Shown piece after piece: positions 53,125 to 63,324 of a DNA stretch of 64,000 nt. Positions within the stretch are counted from its first letter, which is position 1, and the number at the start of each line of letters is the position of its first letter. Under the pieces are notes generated by a model. It was not told where the DNA came from and did not search any database. It saw only the letters and a list, made by a program, of their open reading frames with translations. Location: positions 13,598 through 77,597 of the forward strand of contig JBIOZG010000032.1 of the NCBI GenBank assembly GCA_044870765.1. Reading direction: 5' to 3'. Position numbers and translations under genes: made by a program. The DNA is from Nitrososphaeraceae archaeon (GTDB lineage Archaea; Thermoproteota; Nitrososphaeria; Nitrososphaerales; Nitrososphaeraceae).

Positions 53125-54633
53125 ATGGAATCTCAAAAGGTAAGAATATTTGATACCACCCTGAGAGATGGTGAGCAGACACCCGGTGTTTCTATAACAC
53201 CAGAACAGAAGTTGAATATTGCAATGAAACTATCTGAACTGGGTGTAGATACAATAGAGGCTGGATTCCCGGTAGTATCTGATGGTGAAAAGGTAGGAAT
53301 AAAGAGCATTGTAAAGCAGAAATTGGATACAGAAGTCTGCGTATTGGCAAGAACTGTAAAGTCAGACATTGATTCGGCAATAGACTGCGGCGTAAATTAT
53401 GTTCATACATTCATTGCGACGTCTGATATCCACATGCAATACAAATTAAAGATGTCTCGGGAACAAGTTTTGCAAAAAGCACTGTGGGCTGTAGAATATG
53501 CAAAGACGCATGGACTAAAAGTCGAATTTTCTGCAGAAGATGCAACAAGGTCTGATAGAAAATTTCTCATTGATGTTTTTAAAGCTGTTAGCGGAGCAGG
53601 AGCAGACAGGATTGATATTCCCGACACAGTCGGATATTCAACACCCGAATATATGACGTCACTTGTTCAGGAGATTAGATCAAAGATGAATGCTCCAATT
53701 AGTGTACATTGTCATAATGATTTTGGTCTGGCCGTTGCAAACTCAATTGCGGCAATAAATGCCGGAGCATCTTGCGCACATGTTACCATTAACGGACTTG
53801 GTGAAAGAGCGGGAAATGCTTCCCTAGAAGAATTCGTCATGGGGCTACAGTGTTTGTATTCTATGAAACACAATATAAAAGTAAATTTGCTTTATGAGAT
53901 TTCAAAATTTGTATCAAATACAATGGGCGTCATTGTGCAACCCAATAAAGCGATAATTGGAGAGAATGCTTTTGGTCATGAATCCGGCATTCATACTCAC
54001 GGTATCATAAATAATCCATTGACATATGAACCGATCAGTCCTGAATTGGTTGGCAGAAAAAGGTGGCTCCAGGCAGGTAAGCATGCTGGCACTCATGGGA
54101 TTCGAGCAATTTTGAATGATTTTGGGATCCAACCTACAGAAGAACAGTTGCATATAATAATCGAAAAACAAAAAGACATAGCAGATAAGGGAAAATCTAT
54201 TACCACGACACAACTTTTGTCAATTGCAGGTGAAGTAATGGGCAGCAGTAAATTTGAAGAGAAATTCAAACTTTATGATTTTCATATTGTTACTGGTATG
54301 AATATCATTCCCACTGCAGTGATACGGTTGAATACTCATGGTAAAGACTTGGTAGCATCAGAAACTGGAGTTGGGCCTGTAGATGCGGCTCTCAAGGCAA
54401 TACAAAAAATTGCAGTAGATATGGCAAATATTCGAATAAGGGAATATCGACTTGGATCTATAACTGGAGGATCAGATGCAATGGCAGAAGTTACGATAAA
54501 GGCAGAAGACCTAGATGGTAATGTTGTTTCTTCCAAAAAATCTGGCGAAGATGTAGTAGTTGCATCCGTAGAAGCGATGATCGACGCAATAAATAAACTA
54601 ATGCTGAGAAAGGTTCTATATTCAAAAAATTAA
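53125..54633 (+). CDS. leuA: 2-isopropylmalate synthase (citramalate synthase not excluded)
   Basis: DTTLRDGEQ, HCHNDFG, GLGERAGN, HESGIH and regulatory GVGPVDA domain. Confidence 0.85.
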   Translation: MESQKVRIFDTTLRDGEQTPGVSITPEQKLNIAMKLSELGVDTIEAGFPVVSDGEKVGIKSIVKQKLDTEVCVLARTVKSDIDSAIDCGVNYVHTFIATSDIHMQYKLKMSREQVLQKALWAVEYAKTHGLKVEFSAEDATRSDRKFLIDVFKAVSGAGADRIDIPDTVGYSTPEYMTSLVQEIRSKMNAPISVHCHNDFGLAVANSIAAINAGASCAHVTINGLGERAGNASLEEFVMGLQCLYSMKHNIKVNLLYEISKFVSNTMGVIVQPNKAIIGENAFGHESGIHTHGIINNPLTYEPISPELVGRKRWLQAGKHAGTHGIRAILNDFGIQPTEEQLHIIIEKQKDIADKGKSITTTQLLSIAGEVMGSSKFEEKFKLYDFHIVTGMNIIPTAVIRLNTHGKDLVASETGVGPVDAALKAIQKIAVDMANIRIREYRLGSITGGSDAMAEVTIKAEDLDGNVVSSKKSGEDVVVASVEAMIDAINKLMLRKVLYSKN

Positions 54634-54660
54634 GTTCAATTTGATTTAGGTTCATAATTA

Positions 54661-55707
54661 TTGACAAGATATAGTATTTCATTGGTTAATGGGGATGGAA
54701 TTGGTCCTGATCTTGCGAATTCAGGAACGATACTTTTGAATAAGATTAGCGATTTTTCTGACATAAAATTTGACATAGTGAGTGTAGAGGCTGGGGACAA
54801 CGCTTTAGCCAAATACAACAAGGCATTGCCGGATTTTTCTTTTGATAGCATAAAAAAATCAGAGGTTTGTTTGAAGGCACCCGTGGGGGAACATGCAGCA
54901 GATGTAATTCTTGTTCTTAGACGATATTTTGACTTGTATGCGAACATAAGACCCGCAAAGTCATACCCTCATGTAAAATCTCTTCATCCCTCGGTGGATC
55001 TAGTGATTGTGAGAGAAAATACCGAAGATGTTTACCTGGGCTGGGAATTTCCGATAGGAGATGATGCAGTGCTAGGCATACGACTAACAACTGCAGAGGC
55101 GTCACGAAAAATTGCAGAGTACGCATTCGAAGAAGCAGTAAGGAGAGGTGTCAAAAATGGGCAGAAAAAGGTTGTTTGTGTTCACAAATCAAACGTTATG
55201 AGATTGGGAGATACCATGTTTTCCAGAATTAGTAAGGATGTTGCAAAAAAGTACCCTGATGTCGAATTCAGTGAATCTTATGTTGATGCATGCGCTATGA
55301 ATTTGATTAGAAATCCAGAAAAATTTGATGTAATTCTGACAACAAATCTGTTTGGTGACATCCTGTCAGATGAGGCAGCACAGGTTGTAGGCGGTCTGGG
55401 ATTGGCACCTGCAGGTAATATTGGAAAAACATTCGCCATATTTGAACCAGTCCACGGTGCAGCATTTGATATTGCAACCAAGAATATTGCTAATCCATCT
55501 TCAATGTTCTTGTCCATAAAGATGATGTTCGAATGGTTAGCTGATAAAAATAAGAACAATGATCAAGCTTGCCTAATGGACTTGGCAAGGAAAATAGAAA
55601 AAACATTATTGAGTATACTCAACGAGAACATAAAAACAATGGATATGGGTGGCAAAATGCATACTGACGACTTTACAAAAATGTTTGTATCGCGACTTGT
55701 ATCATAA
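54661..55707 (+). CDS. leuB: 3-isopropylmalate dehydrogenase (IDH/IPMDH family)
   Basis: GDGIGP, RENTED, NLFGDILSD, FEPVHGAA; follows leuA. Confidence 0.85.
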   Translation: MTRYSISLVNGDGIGPDLANSGTILLNKISDFSDIKFDIVSVEAGDNALAKYNKALPDFSFDSIKKSEVCLKAPVGEHAADVILVLRRYFDLYANIRPAKSYPHVKSLHPSVDLVIVRENTEDVYLGWEFPIGDDAVLGIRLTTAEASRKIAEYAFEEAVRRGVKNGQKKVVCVHKSNVMRLGDTMFSRISKDVAKKYPDVEFSESYVDACAMNLIRNPEKFDVILTTNLFGDILSDEAAQVVGGLGLAPAGNIGKTFAIFEPVHGAAFDIATKNIANPSSMFLSIKMMFEWLADKNKNNDQACLMDLARKIEKTLLSILNENIKTMDMGGKMHTDDFTKMFVSRLVS

Positions 55708-55839
55708 TTTTGTATAGTATTTTATCTGCTGTTCATAACCGATACTCGCAAGTAGACTTGATTCAGTTGACAAATGAATAATAGATCTATACCAAGTAAC
55801 GTCGTTTAATTCTGATTTACTAATCCGCTATTCTTTGCT

Positions 55840-56247
55840 CTACTCTTTACTTTCAGGTGGTGCTTGACAGAATTCCGTTAAAACACCATTCATTGATTTT
55901 GGATGTATGAAAGTTATTTTTCTGCCATATGACCCGGTTCTAATATTTCCAATCATTCGAGTTCCATTGGCAATTGCTCTCTCAACATCATTCTCAATAT
56001 CATCTGCAGTAATGGCTATATGGTGCATTCCTTCTCCATGATCTGTCAAGAATTTTTTTATTGGACTGTCATCTGCAGTAGGCTCCATCAATTCTATTCG
56101 AGTATCTTGCAATTTCAAAATAGCCACTTTGACCCTTTCTGTAGGAACATCTTCAATGTCAACGTTATCAATTTTTAGGATCTTTTCATAGTTCTTCAAC
56201 GCCTCGGCTATGCTGTTCACTGCTATTGCAACATGATCAACTCTCAT
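55840..56247 (-). CDS. mce: Methylmalonyl-CoA epimerase
   Basis: DHVAIAV, IELMEP, GMHHIA, FIHPK..NGVLTE; adjacent to mutase. Confidence 0.95.
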   Translation of the reverse strand: MRVDHVAIAVNSIAEALKNYEKILKIDNVDIEDVPTERVKVAILKLQDTRIELMEPTADDSPIKKFLTDHGEGMHHIAITADDIENDVERAIANGTRMIGNIRTGSYGRKITFIHPKSMNGVLTEFCQAPPESKE

Positions 56248-56259
56248 TCCATTTCACCT

Positions 56260-57861
56260 CTAAAAAGAGAATTTTGGTTCGTATCTTCCAAATATGTCAA
56301 CAAAAACGTCACTTATTTCCCCCAGTGTAACACGAGCTTTTACTGCGGAGATGATATGAGGCATAAGATTCTCCTGCTCTTTTTCTGCATATTTTTGCAA
56401 TTTACTTAGCTCAGAATTTATTCTACTCAAGTCCCGGCTTTTCTTAAAGTCCTTTAAATTATTTACTTGGCGAGTCTCTATTTCCGGATCGATAGTATTT
56501 AATTTCGGTTCCACATCGTTTTGGTCTTGAAATTTATTCACGCCTACAATCACCCTATCATTGTAGTCTATTTCTTTCTTTAACTGGTAAGCATTACGTC
56601 GTATTTCCTCTTGAAAGAAACCATTTTCTATAGCCGCTAGAGAACCTCCAGTTTTTTCTATCCTCTTGAGATATTTCTCTACTCCCTCCTCTATCTTGGA
56701 TGTAAGATACTCTATGTAGTGTGAACCTGATAGTGGATCTACAGTTTTAGTTACTCCAGTTTCGTTTGCTATAATCTGCTGAGTCCTTAACGCAATCTTG
56801 ACTGATTCTTCAGTTGGAAGCGCCAGTGCTTCATCCCTAGAATTTGTATGTAGTGATTGGCAACCCCCAAGTACGGCTGACAAGGCTTCTAGTGTAACCC
56901 TGACCACATTGTTGTCGACTTGCTGTGCTGTAAGTGATTCACCGCTTGTTTGGACATGAAAGCGCAAATGGGTTGATTTATCGCTTTTGGCGCCAAACTT
57001 TTCTTTCATAATCCTTGCGTAGATACGACGCGCAGCTCTAAACTTTGCTACCTCTTCGAAGAATTCCATGGTGCAGCAGAAAAAGAACGATAGTCGCGGA
57101 GCAAATTCATCAACATTTAATCCACGTGACACGCACGTATCGATATATTCTATTGCGTTAGCAAAGGTAAAGGCTAATTCTTGAATTGCATTTGAACCTG
57201 CTTCACGCATGTGATAACCGGAGATGCTTATGGGGTACCATTGAGGAACATGTTTGGAACAATACTGAATCATATCCCCAATTATTCTCATAGACTCTCG
57301 AGGTGGATAAATATAGGTATTACGTGCGATGTATTCTTTCAATATGTCATTTTGCGTAGTGCCCCTCAAGTTGCTAGCTGAAACTCCTTGAGATTCTGCA
57401 ACTACGATGTAAAGGGCCAAAAGCGTCGAAGCGGTAGAATTTATTGTCATTGACGTGCTTACCTTATCTAGTGGGATATCCTGAAAACATGTCATCATAT
57501 TATTAATAGAACTAATCGCAACTCCGGTTCGTCCAACCTCACCCTGTGAATATGGGTTATCTGAATCTCTTCCAGTTTGTGTTGGAAGATCAAAAGCTAG
57601 AGAGAGTCCGGTCTGTCCATGCTCCAATAAGAATCGAAATCTTTTGTTAGTTTCTTCAGCACTACCAAATCCACTATACTGACGCATGGTCCAGAGTCTT
57701 TCTCGATACATGTTTGGATAAAGCCCTCTTGTGTATGGATATCTTCCAGCTTCTTCATCTTGAGATGTTTTGTCTACTAAATCCTTTGAAGAAAAAATTC
57801 TTTTTACAGGAATCCCTGAATCTGTTTTAATTTTTTTTATTTCTTGTTTTGCCATTGTCAT
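56260..57861 (-). CDS. mcmA: Methylmalonyl-CoA mutase, large (catalytic) subunit
   Basis: YPYTRG, WTMRQYSGF, QNDILKEY, ISISGYH, QSLHTNS. Confidence 0.95.
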   Translation of the reverse strand: MTMAKQEIKKIKTDSGIPVKRIFSSKDLVDKTSQDEEAGRYPYTRGLYPNMYRERLWTMRQYSGFGSAEETNKRFRFLLEHGQTGLSLAFDLPTQTGRDSDNPYSQGEVGRTGVAISSINNMMTCFQDIPLDKVSTSMTINSTASTLLALYIVVAESQGVSASNLRGTTQNDILKEYIARNTYIYPPRESMRIIGDMIQYCSKHVPQWYPISISGYHMREAGSNAIQELAFTFANAIEYIDTCVSRGLNVDEFAPRLSFFFCCTMEFFEEVAKFRAARRIYARIMKEKFGAKSDKSTHLRFHVQTSGESLTAQQVDNNVVRVTLEALSAVLGGCQSLHTNSRDEALALPTEESVKIALRTQQIIANETGVTKTVDPLSGSHYIEYLTSKIEEGVEKYLKRIEKTGGSLAAIENGFFQEEIRRNAYQLKKEIDYNDRVIVGVNKFQDQNDVEPKLNTIDPEIETRQVNNLKDFKKSRDLSRINSELSKLQKYAEKEQENLMPHIISAVKARVTLGEISDVFVDIFGRYEPKFSF

Positions 57862-57867
57862 ATCCTC

Positions 57868-58773
57868 CTATACTATAATTTTATTGGCAAAATTTAAAGC
57901 TGCGTTATATGGCTCAACTTCCTTTTTTAGTACTTTACTAACGAGTTTTCTGTACTCTTCACTCTTCATTATCTTTTCAATAGATTTTTCCTTTACTTCG
58001 TTTAAAATCATATCTTTCAATTCATTTTCCAATATTGACTTTTCTCTAGATAGGTATTTCTCTTCATCCAATAATTTCACTAGGGCTCTTGTCAATTCCT
58101 TTACCCCTTTCTTCAACTTAGCCGAGCATTTGAAGACCAGTTTCTTATGATTACCTACGAGATCGAATATAATATTGTACAGAATTGTAGCTCCTTCCAA
58201 ATCTGACTTGTTTATAACATATATATCCCCAATTTCAGTTAGTCCTGCTTTTATCGCTTGTATGCTGTCGCCAGTTTGTGGGTTGAAAACAACTACGGTA
58301 ATATTCACTGCCTTTGAAATTTCGATTTCAAGCTGACCTGCTCCCACACTTTCTACTAGAATCAAGTCATAACCCGCAGCGTCTAAAATTCTGACTACGT
58401 TCCTGAGGGACCTTGAAATTCCTCCTTCAGCACCGCGTGAAGCCAAACTTCTTACATAAATTTCATCACTAACTGACATCATTCGTACCCTGTCACCTAA
58501 TAAAGCGCCACCTGTTATCGGGCTAGATGGATCCACCGCAATAACCGCAACTTTGTAACCAAGGGAATGAAATTCAGATGCCAATCTTCCAATTAATGTA
58601 CTCTTACCAGAACCAGCAGATCCTGTAAATCCAATCGTCTTGGCATTTTTCGTTTTCTTGAAAATTCCGTGTATTATTTTTACTGAATCGGGGTCATTAT
58701 TATCTACTATTGAAATTGCTCTCGAAATTGATCTTGTATCACCTTTCAGTATCCCTGCCACTAAGTCTGACAC
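57868..58773 (-). CDS. meaB: Methylmalonyl-CoA mutase-associated GTPase
   Basis: GSAGSGKST, AVDPSSP, GDRVRM, ESVGAGQ, INKSD. Confidence 0.95.
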   Translation of the reverse strand: MSDLVAGILKGDTRSISRAISIVDNNDPDSVKIIHGIFKKTKNAKTIGFTGSAGSGKSTLIGRLASEFHSLGYKVAVIAVDPSSPITGGALLGDRVRMMSVSDEIYVRSLASRGAEGGISRSLRNVVRILDAAGYDLILVESVGAGQLEIEISKAVNITVVVFNPQTGDSIQAIKAGLTEIGDIYVINKSDLEGATILYNIIFDLVGNHKKLVFKCSAKLKKGVKELTRALVKLLDEEKYLSREKSILENELKDMILNEVKEKSIEKIMKSEEYRKLVSKVLKKEVEPYNAALNFANKIIV

Positions 58774-58869
58774 GAGTGATTTGCTGGGAAGTTAAGTATT
58801 AAAAGTTACTTGTCTTTGTAAAGTGAGTTTTACCAAAAATAAATGGACAAAAAATTTTAAAGATACATT

Positions 58870-59307
58870 GTGAGTTTTAGTTATATGTCCACATCTACGG
58901 TTACACATAACAAGAAAAATCCCATAAGGGTTCTCGTATCTAAATTAGGGCTAGATGGTCATGATCGAGGAGCTCTAGTTATATGCAGAGCTCTCAGGGA
59001 TTCAGGAATGGAGGTTATATATTCTGGGTTGTTCTGTACGCCCGACCAGGTAGCGAAAATTGCTATTGATGAAGATGTCGATGTTGTAGCAATGAGCTTG
59101 CTTAATGGAGCTCATCTTACATTATTCCCCCGGGTTGCTACTGTTTTAAAGGAGCAGGGTGTTAGTGATATTCTTTTGATCGGGGGTGGCGTGATACCAG
59201 GCAAGGATAAAAAGCTCTTGGAAGAAAAGGGAATAAGAGGAAACTTTGGACCAGGAACCCCACTTGAAGTAATTATTGATTTCATCCATAATAACTTAAA
59301 AAAATAG
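58870..59307 (+). CDS. mcmB: Methylmalonyl-CoA mutase, cobalamin-binding small subunit
   Basis: GLDGHDRG B12-binding motif, GGGVIP, FGPGT; start may be 58885. Confidence 0.93.
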   Translation: MSFSYMSTSTVTHNKKNPIRVLVSKLGLDGHDRGALVICRALRDSGMEVIYSGLFCTPDQVAKIAIDEDVDVVAMSLLNGAHLTLFPRVATVLKEQGVSDILLIGGGVIPGKDKKLLEEKGIRGNFGPGTPLEVIIDFIHNNLKK

Positions 59308-59399
59308 CAGTTACTTGGACAATTGCTTTATTCTTCTTTTAGGAACGCATGTTTTTATCTTGTATTGTAACCCAAAAAAAGAACGTGTTGGAAAGCACT

Positions 59400-59588
59400 C
59401 TAAGTATGTTTAATTGAGCGTATTACCTTTAGTACTATCCAAATAACCAACACAATAATTCCAATAACGATTAGAATATTTCCGATAGTTCAGGCTTGAT
59501 AAGATATGGGTGAATGTAGAAAGACAGCTCCTATCACGATAAGGACTATCGCTAGAAATAGTAAACTCTGGTTTGTAATTGTAGTTAT
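59400..59588 (-). pseudogene. Small two-TM protein interrupted by an in-frame TGA
   Basis: ITTITNQSLLFLAIVLIVIGAVFLHSPISYQA*TIGNILIVIGIIVLVIWIVLKVIRSIKHT*; TGA at 59492-59490; no canonical start. Confidence 0.45.
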
Positions 59589-59781
59589 ACGCTAACTACT
59601 GGGAAAACATAGTTTATTACAATCGTATTACATTTGTATGCTAATCTTATCTGGACATCTAAGTTCTAAAGTAGAAACGGATTAACAAGCACAATTTTTT
59701 TTAGATATTTGACCGCTGTTAGATAAAATAAAATTTGATAAATTACTAAGAGGAGTATAGCAAAAAAAATAATGTAGATTG

Positions 59782-60699
59782 TCAGCCTACTGGAGGTGTT
59801 TCAATGCTACCGTCAGTTGTCGGACTTTCAGTTGACTGATTCATGCTCAACATACTATCGCCAGATTCATTCATTCCCGGCATAGTTCCATCTGACTGAA
59901 ATCCTGATTGGTCAGTGCTGGTCTGATTTGCTCCTAGCATATTTTCGGTTGTTTGTGATGAACCTAACTCATCTGCAGATGTTTGATTAGCTCCTAATGT
60001 ATTTTCAGTTGACTGATTAGCTCCTAATGTATTTTCAGTTGACTGTGAAGATTGAAGGTTGTTTTCAGTTGATTGTGAGCTTTCGACCTTATTTTTGTTT
60101 TCTACTGTAATTTCATTCAGATTTACATTGGTCAGATCCAAGTCAATTCGGAAGTTATCTTGGCTGATATGTGCCTTCTTTGTAGTGAAATCTATCTGAA
60201 TTGTACCCTTGCTAATTTGGCCTCGGATTTCTCCATCTGGAAATGATTCTGTATGTACGTTTACATATGCGGAGGACTTTTCGATCAAATTAACTAGGTC
60301 AGAAATGGACTTGCCCTTTAATGGACCCACTAATTTATCTGATGTTATGCTACCTTGAACTAAAGCACCGTTGACAGTGTCTTTGTTGCCTTTGAAAAGA
60401 GTTGCTACAACAGGACCATTCTCACCTGATTTACCTGAGTGAATATGAGCCTGAGTTACTTTTTTGAGACCTTCTGCTTCAATTTGGTACCAGATCTTCG
60501 TCTTGGCTGTATTTACGATGAATCCTGCCATGCCAGTTGCTGTTACATCCGAATGCGACGGAACTTCGTTCTTTTCGTTTAGTATCGCAATGTAAGCTAC
60601 TTGTTGTTGCGCGTTTGCATGATTTGTCAGTATTACTGCGGCTGATATTGACATAATTGCTGCTAGAGTTAATGCTATGTAAAATAATTTTGTCATCAC
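59782..60699 (-). CDS. Secreted CHRD-domain protein with repetitive S/T/Q/N-rich tail
   Basis: Signal peptide; EVPS, AHIHSG..GENGPVV, YVNVHTESFPDGEIRGQI. Confidence 0.9.
   Translation of the reverse strand: MMTKLFYIALTLAAIMSISAAVILTNHANAQQQVAYIAILNEKNEVPSHSDVTATGMAGFIVNTAKTKIWYQIEAEGLKKVTQAHIHSGKSGENGPVVATLFKGNKDTVNGALVQGSITSDKLVGPLKGKSISDLVNLIEKSSAYVNVHTESFPDGEIRGQISKGTIQIDFTTKKAHISQDNFRIDLDLTNVNLNEITVENKNKVESSQSTENNLQSSQSTENTLGANQSTENTLGANQTSADELGSSQTTENMLGANQTSTDQSGFQSDGTMPGMNESGDSMLSMNQSTESPTTDGSIETPPVG
59905..60085. repeat. Degenerate 30-bp tandem repeats (about 6 units) encoding 10-aa repeats
   Basis: SSQSTENNLQ / SSQSTENTLG / ANQSTENTLG / ANQTSADELG / SSQTTENMLG / ANQTSTDQSG. Confidence 0.85.
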
Positions 60700-60978
60700 T
60701 TAGAAAAAGATAATATTATTTAATAATATCCAATAAATTACCTAAGATGAGAAACAAACTTCTATTATATGCGTATGAAACCATAATAAATAATGAGGTA
60801 CATCATTACACAGGCAATTTTGTCAACTTGGTAACCGATTTTTCTGTTGACGGTATAGTTGGCCCATTCTGAACCAAAATCACTACCTATTGTTTTTCGG
60901 TGATTGATATGTCTATTGCCAATGGATAAAATTTTCTCCCTGTCGCTTGTAAATTATGCTGATTAAGATTTAAATCAA

Positions 60979-61554
60979 GTGTCCAGTAGATCTCCCTGTG
61001 AAATGACATTCATTGGTGACGTCTATCGGTGGCTTTATAGTAAATTCACTTCTCGACCTACAAATTTTAGCTGGGTGATTCGCGATGGGCTTGCTGGAAG
61101 TGGGTTACCGTTATCTTTTGATCAATTTCAGTGGTTAGTAAAGAATGGAGTTAGAACCATCGTGACAGTCCGAGAGATACCATTGCCATTGCGATGGTTA
61201 TCAGATCCAAATATCGCAAATGCCCTTTCTAAAGATAAAAACTTTGAGAAAGTTAATTACTTGCACCTTAAGGTTGAGGACTATCATTCACCCACTATCC
61301 AAGAGATTGACTCAACAGTTAAATTTATCGAGAATGAAATTGTGGCAAAAAGACCAGTATTAGTGCACTGTGCCGCAGGAAAAGGAAGAACAGGAACAAT
61401 ATTAGGTGCATATTTGCTAAAAAAAGAAAATCTAAGTGCAAGGGATGCGATGACCAAGATCAGAAATCTTAGACCCGGGTCAATTCAGACAGATTCACAA
61501 GAAAAGTCACTCTACGAATATGAGAAGTATCTTGGAGAAAAAACTGGTCTTTAA
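60979..61554 (+). CDS. Dual-specificity protein phosphatase (DUSP23-like)
   Basis: NFSWV, VEDYHSP, HCAAGKGRTG CX5R motif, RPGSIQ. Confidence 0.93.
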   Translation: MSSRSPCEMTFIGDVYRWLYSKFTSRPTNFSWVIRDGLAGSGLPLSFDQFQWLVKNGVRTIVTVREIPLPLRWLSDPNIANALSKDKNFEKVNYLHLKVEDYHSPTIQEIDSTVKFIENEIVAKRPVLVHCAAGKGRTGTILGAYLLKKENLSARDAMTKIRNLRPGSIQTDSQEKSLYEYEKYLGEKTGL

Positions 61555-61652
61555 GTCAATCAAAATGACAAGTTGCATTGATAATTACGTAACAATTATT
61601 TCCAAATACAAGTACGATAACATTTTATTGATACCAATTATTATTACATAAC

Positions 61653-62039
61653 ATGGATTTCAAAAAGTCAGAAGAATTGGCATATGAAGCAAGTGTTTCA
61701 CGCAATCAAAATTTGAGATCAAAGGCAACAAAAATAGAAGAACAGATCTTTAAAAACATGATGGAAGATCCATTATTATTTCCTGTGGAAGACGAGATCT
61801 TGATGACAAAAGATACTGCGTCGTTTGTTTACAAGAAAGGTGAGACCTATCCTTCACTTATGGAATTTGTTGGACGACTTCTACATGTCGATATACCCAT
61901 TAAGATTAACCAGTGCAAATTTGGACCAGGCGGTGTTATAGTAACTGCAAACAGCAAAGAAGATGCGCAAAAAGTTCTCCAAGCTTGCACTAAAGAGTTA
62001 CATGCATTAATCAAGGCTAAAGAAGGACACATTGACTAA
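61653..62039 (+). CDS. Hypothetical protein
   Basis: 128-aa ATG ORF with an upstream AT-rich promoter-like region. Confidence 0.7.
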   Translation: MDFKKSEELAYEASVSRNQNLRSKATKIEEQIFKNMMEDPLLFPVEDEILMTKDTASFVYKKGETYPSLMEFVGRLLHVDIPIKINQCKFGPGGVIVTANSKEDAQKVLQACTKELHALIKAKEGHID

Positions 62040-62058
62040 TATCCTATTAGTAAAGAAG

Positions 62059-63060
62059 TTATTTTCTTTTAATTACTTCAAGGAGATTTGACAACATGAA
62101 TGGCTTTAGCAAAATATCTTTCGGATTCAATCCAACAACATCTGCTCCAGTTGAAATTCCATATGAGGGATTGGTTGTGGTTAATGCAATTCGTTGATCC
62201 GGTTTTACTCGAAGGATTTCGTTTGCAAGATCCTTGGTCAAAATGTTTCCATATAAATGTTCGTCCAAAATAATTACATCAAAATTGTTGGACTTTAGCG
62301 CAGAAAGGCATTCATTAGCATCTACTACAATGGTAACATTAACATGGCAACGACTCAAAAACTCTGCATAGAGTACCGCTAAATCAGGATCGGACTCTGC
62401 AATAAGAATTCTGAATACATGCTCCTCGACTAGAGGGCACATCATATTGTCCTTATCATTTGTGTTTAGAGATATCATGATATCATGTGCGTTTGCTATT
62501 TTTAATCTCGTATTTTGGTTAGTCTCCAAGATTACCTGCGGATGTGGACAAATTACTGTGATGTGGTAATGATTTTTGACCCATTCATCATGTGTATCCT
62601 GCCACCATTTCTCTAATTTTTCTGAATCCTCATACGATTTGTTTTCACATAAACAACATGCCGCGTCTGCGAAAACAGTCATTTTTAGTTTGTCTCCTCT
62701 AACTTTATTTTCGCAAGATATTTTCTCTAGATTTTTTTTCAAGTTCTTAAATAGTGTCAAATTACCGGTTAGAGCAGATTGATAGTAGGGTTCAAAATCT
62801 ATAATCTGTAGGTTATTGTTATCTAGATGGTGTTGATAATTTTTTATCTTCGTCGAAATTCTAGAAATACTTGATTGATGAAATTGATTAAATGCATAGA
62901 CAGAAGCATAAATACAGTGCTGTCCTTCCTCAAGCCCGTGGTTTATCCATTCCGCGGCTGCTTGAGAACGCTGCTCTTCATCTTCACATAATAACATAAC
63001 ATGCTTACCATCAGAAATTTCATGTATTTTCTGCATATTATTCAAGATAAATCCCTTCAA
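62059..63060 (-). CDS. MEDS sensory domain + response-regulator receiver
   Basis: HVMLL...GLEEGQHCIY...LEKWW...VICPH N-domain; C-terminal ILIAESD, IILDEH, LLKPF. Confidence 0.8.
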   Translation of the reverse strand: MKGFILNNMQKIHEISDGKHVMLLCEDEEQRSQAAAEWINHGLEEGQHCIYASVYAFNQFHQSSISRISTKIKNYQHHLDNNNLQIIDFEPYYQSALTGNLTLFKNLKKNLEKISCENKVRGDKLKMTVFADAACCLCENKSYEDSEKLEKWWQDTHDEWVKNHYHITVICPHPQVILETNQNTRLKIANAHDIMISLNTNDKDNMMCPLVEEHVFRILIAESDPDLAVLYAEFLSRCHVNVTIVVDANECLSALKSNNFDVIILDEHLYGNILTKDLANEILRVKPDQRIALTTTNPSYGISTGADVVGLNPKDILLKPFMLSNLLEVIKRK

Positions 63061-63138
63061 ACTGATATTTTCTTTGCATTAACTTACGGACACTGAACAC
63101 ACTATTGAACATAATAGTTTATTAGGGTTATTGAAGAT

Positions 63139-63169
63139 ACTACGGTTTTCCTAAATGGAGAACCGTAGT
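63139..63169. promoter_or_regulatory. 13-bp inverted repeat (hairpin or operator)
   Basis: actacggttttcc-taaat-ggagaaccgtagt, with one G:T pair. Confidence 0.5.
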
Positions 63170-63324
63170 CTTTAGAACACTATTAACATTACGTATAATT
63201 AGAATGAATAACTACAGTACAGTTTACCATTACCAGTATGATTATGTGAAAAGCAACTAATATATGTAAATATAAAATATGATTACGTGTTTCTTAAACA
63301 CTCCACCACACGCACTGTAAGATA

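Noticed and set aside
59905-60085. 30-bp periodic repeats considered as a CRISPR array
   Set aside because: Contiguous coding tandem repeats with no unique spacers.
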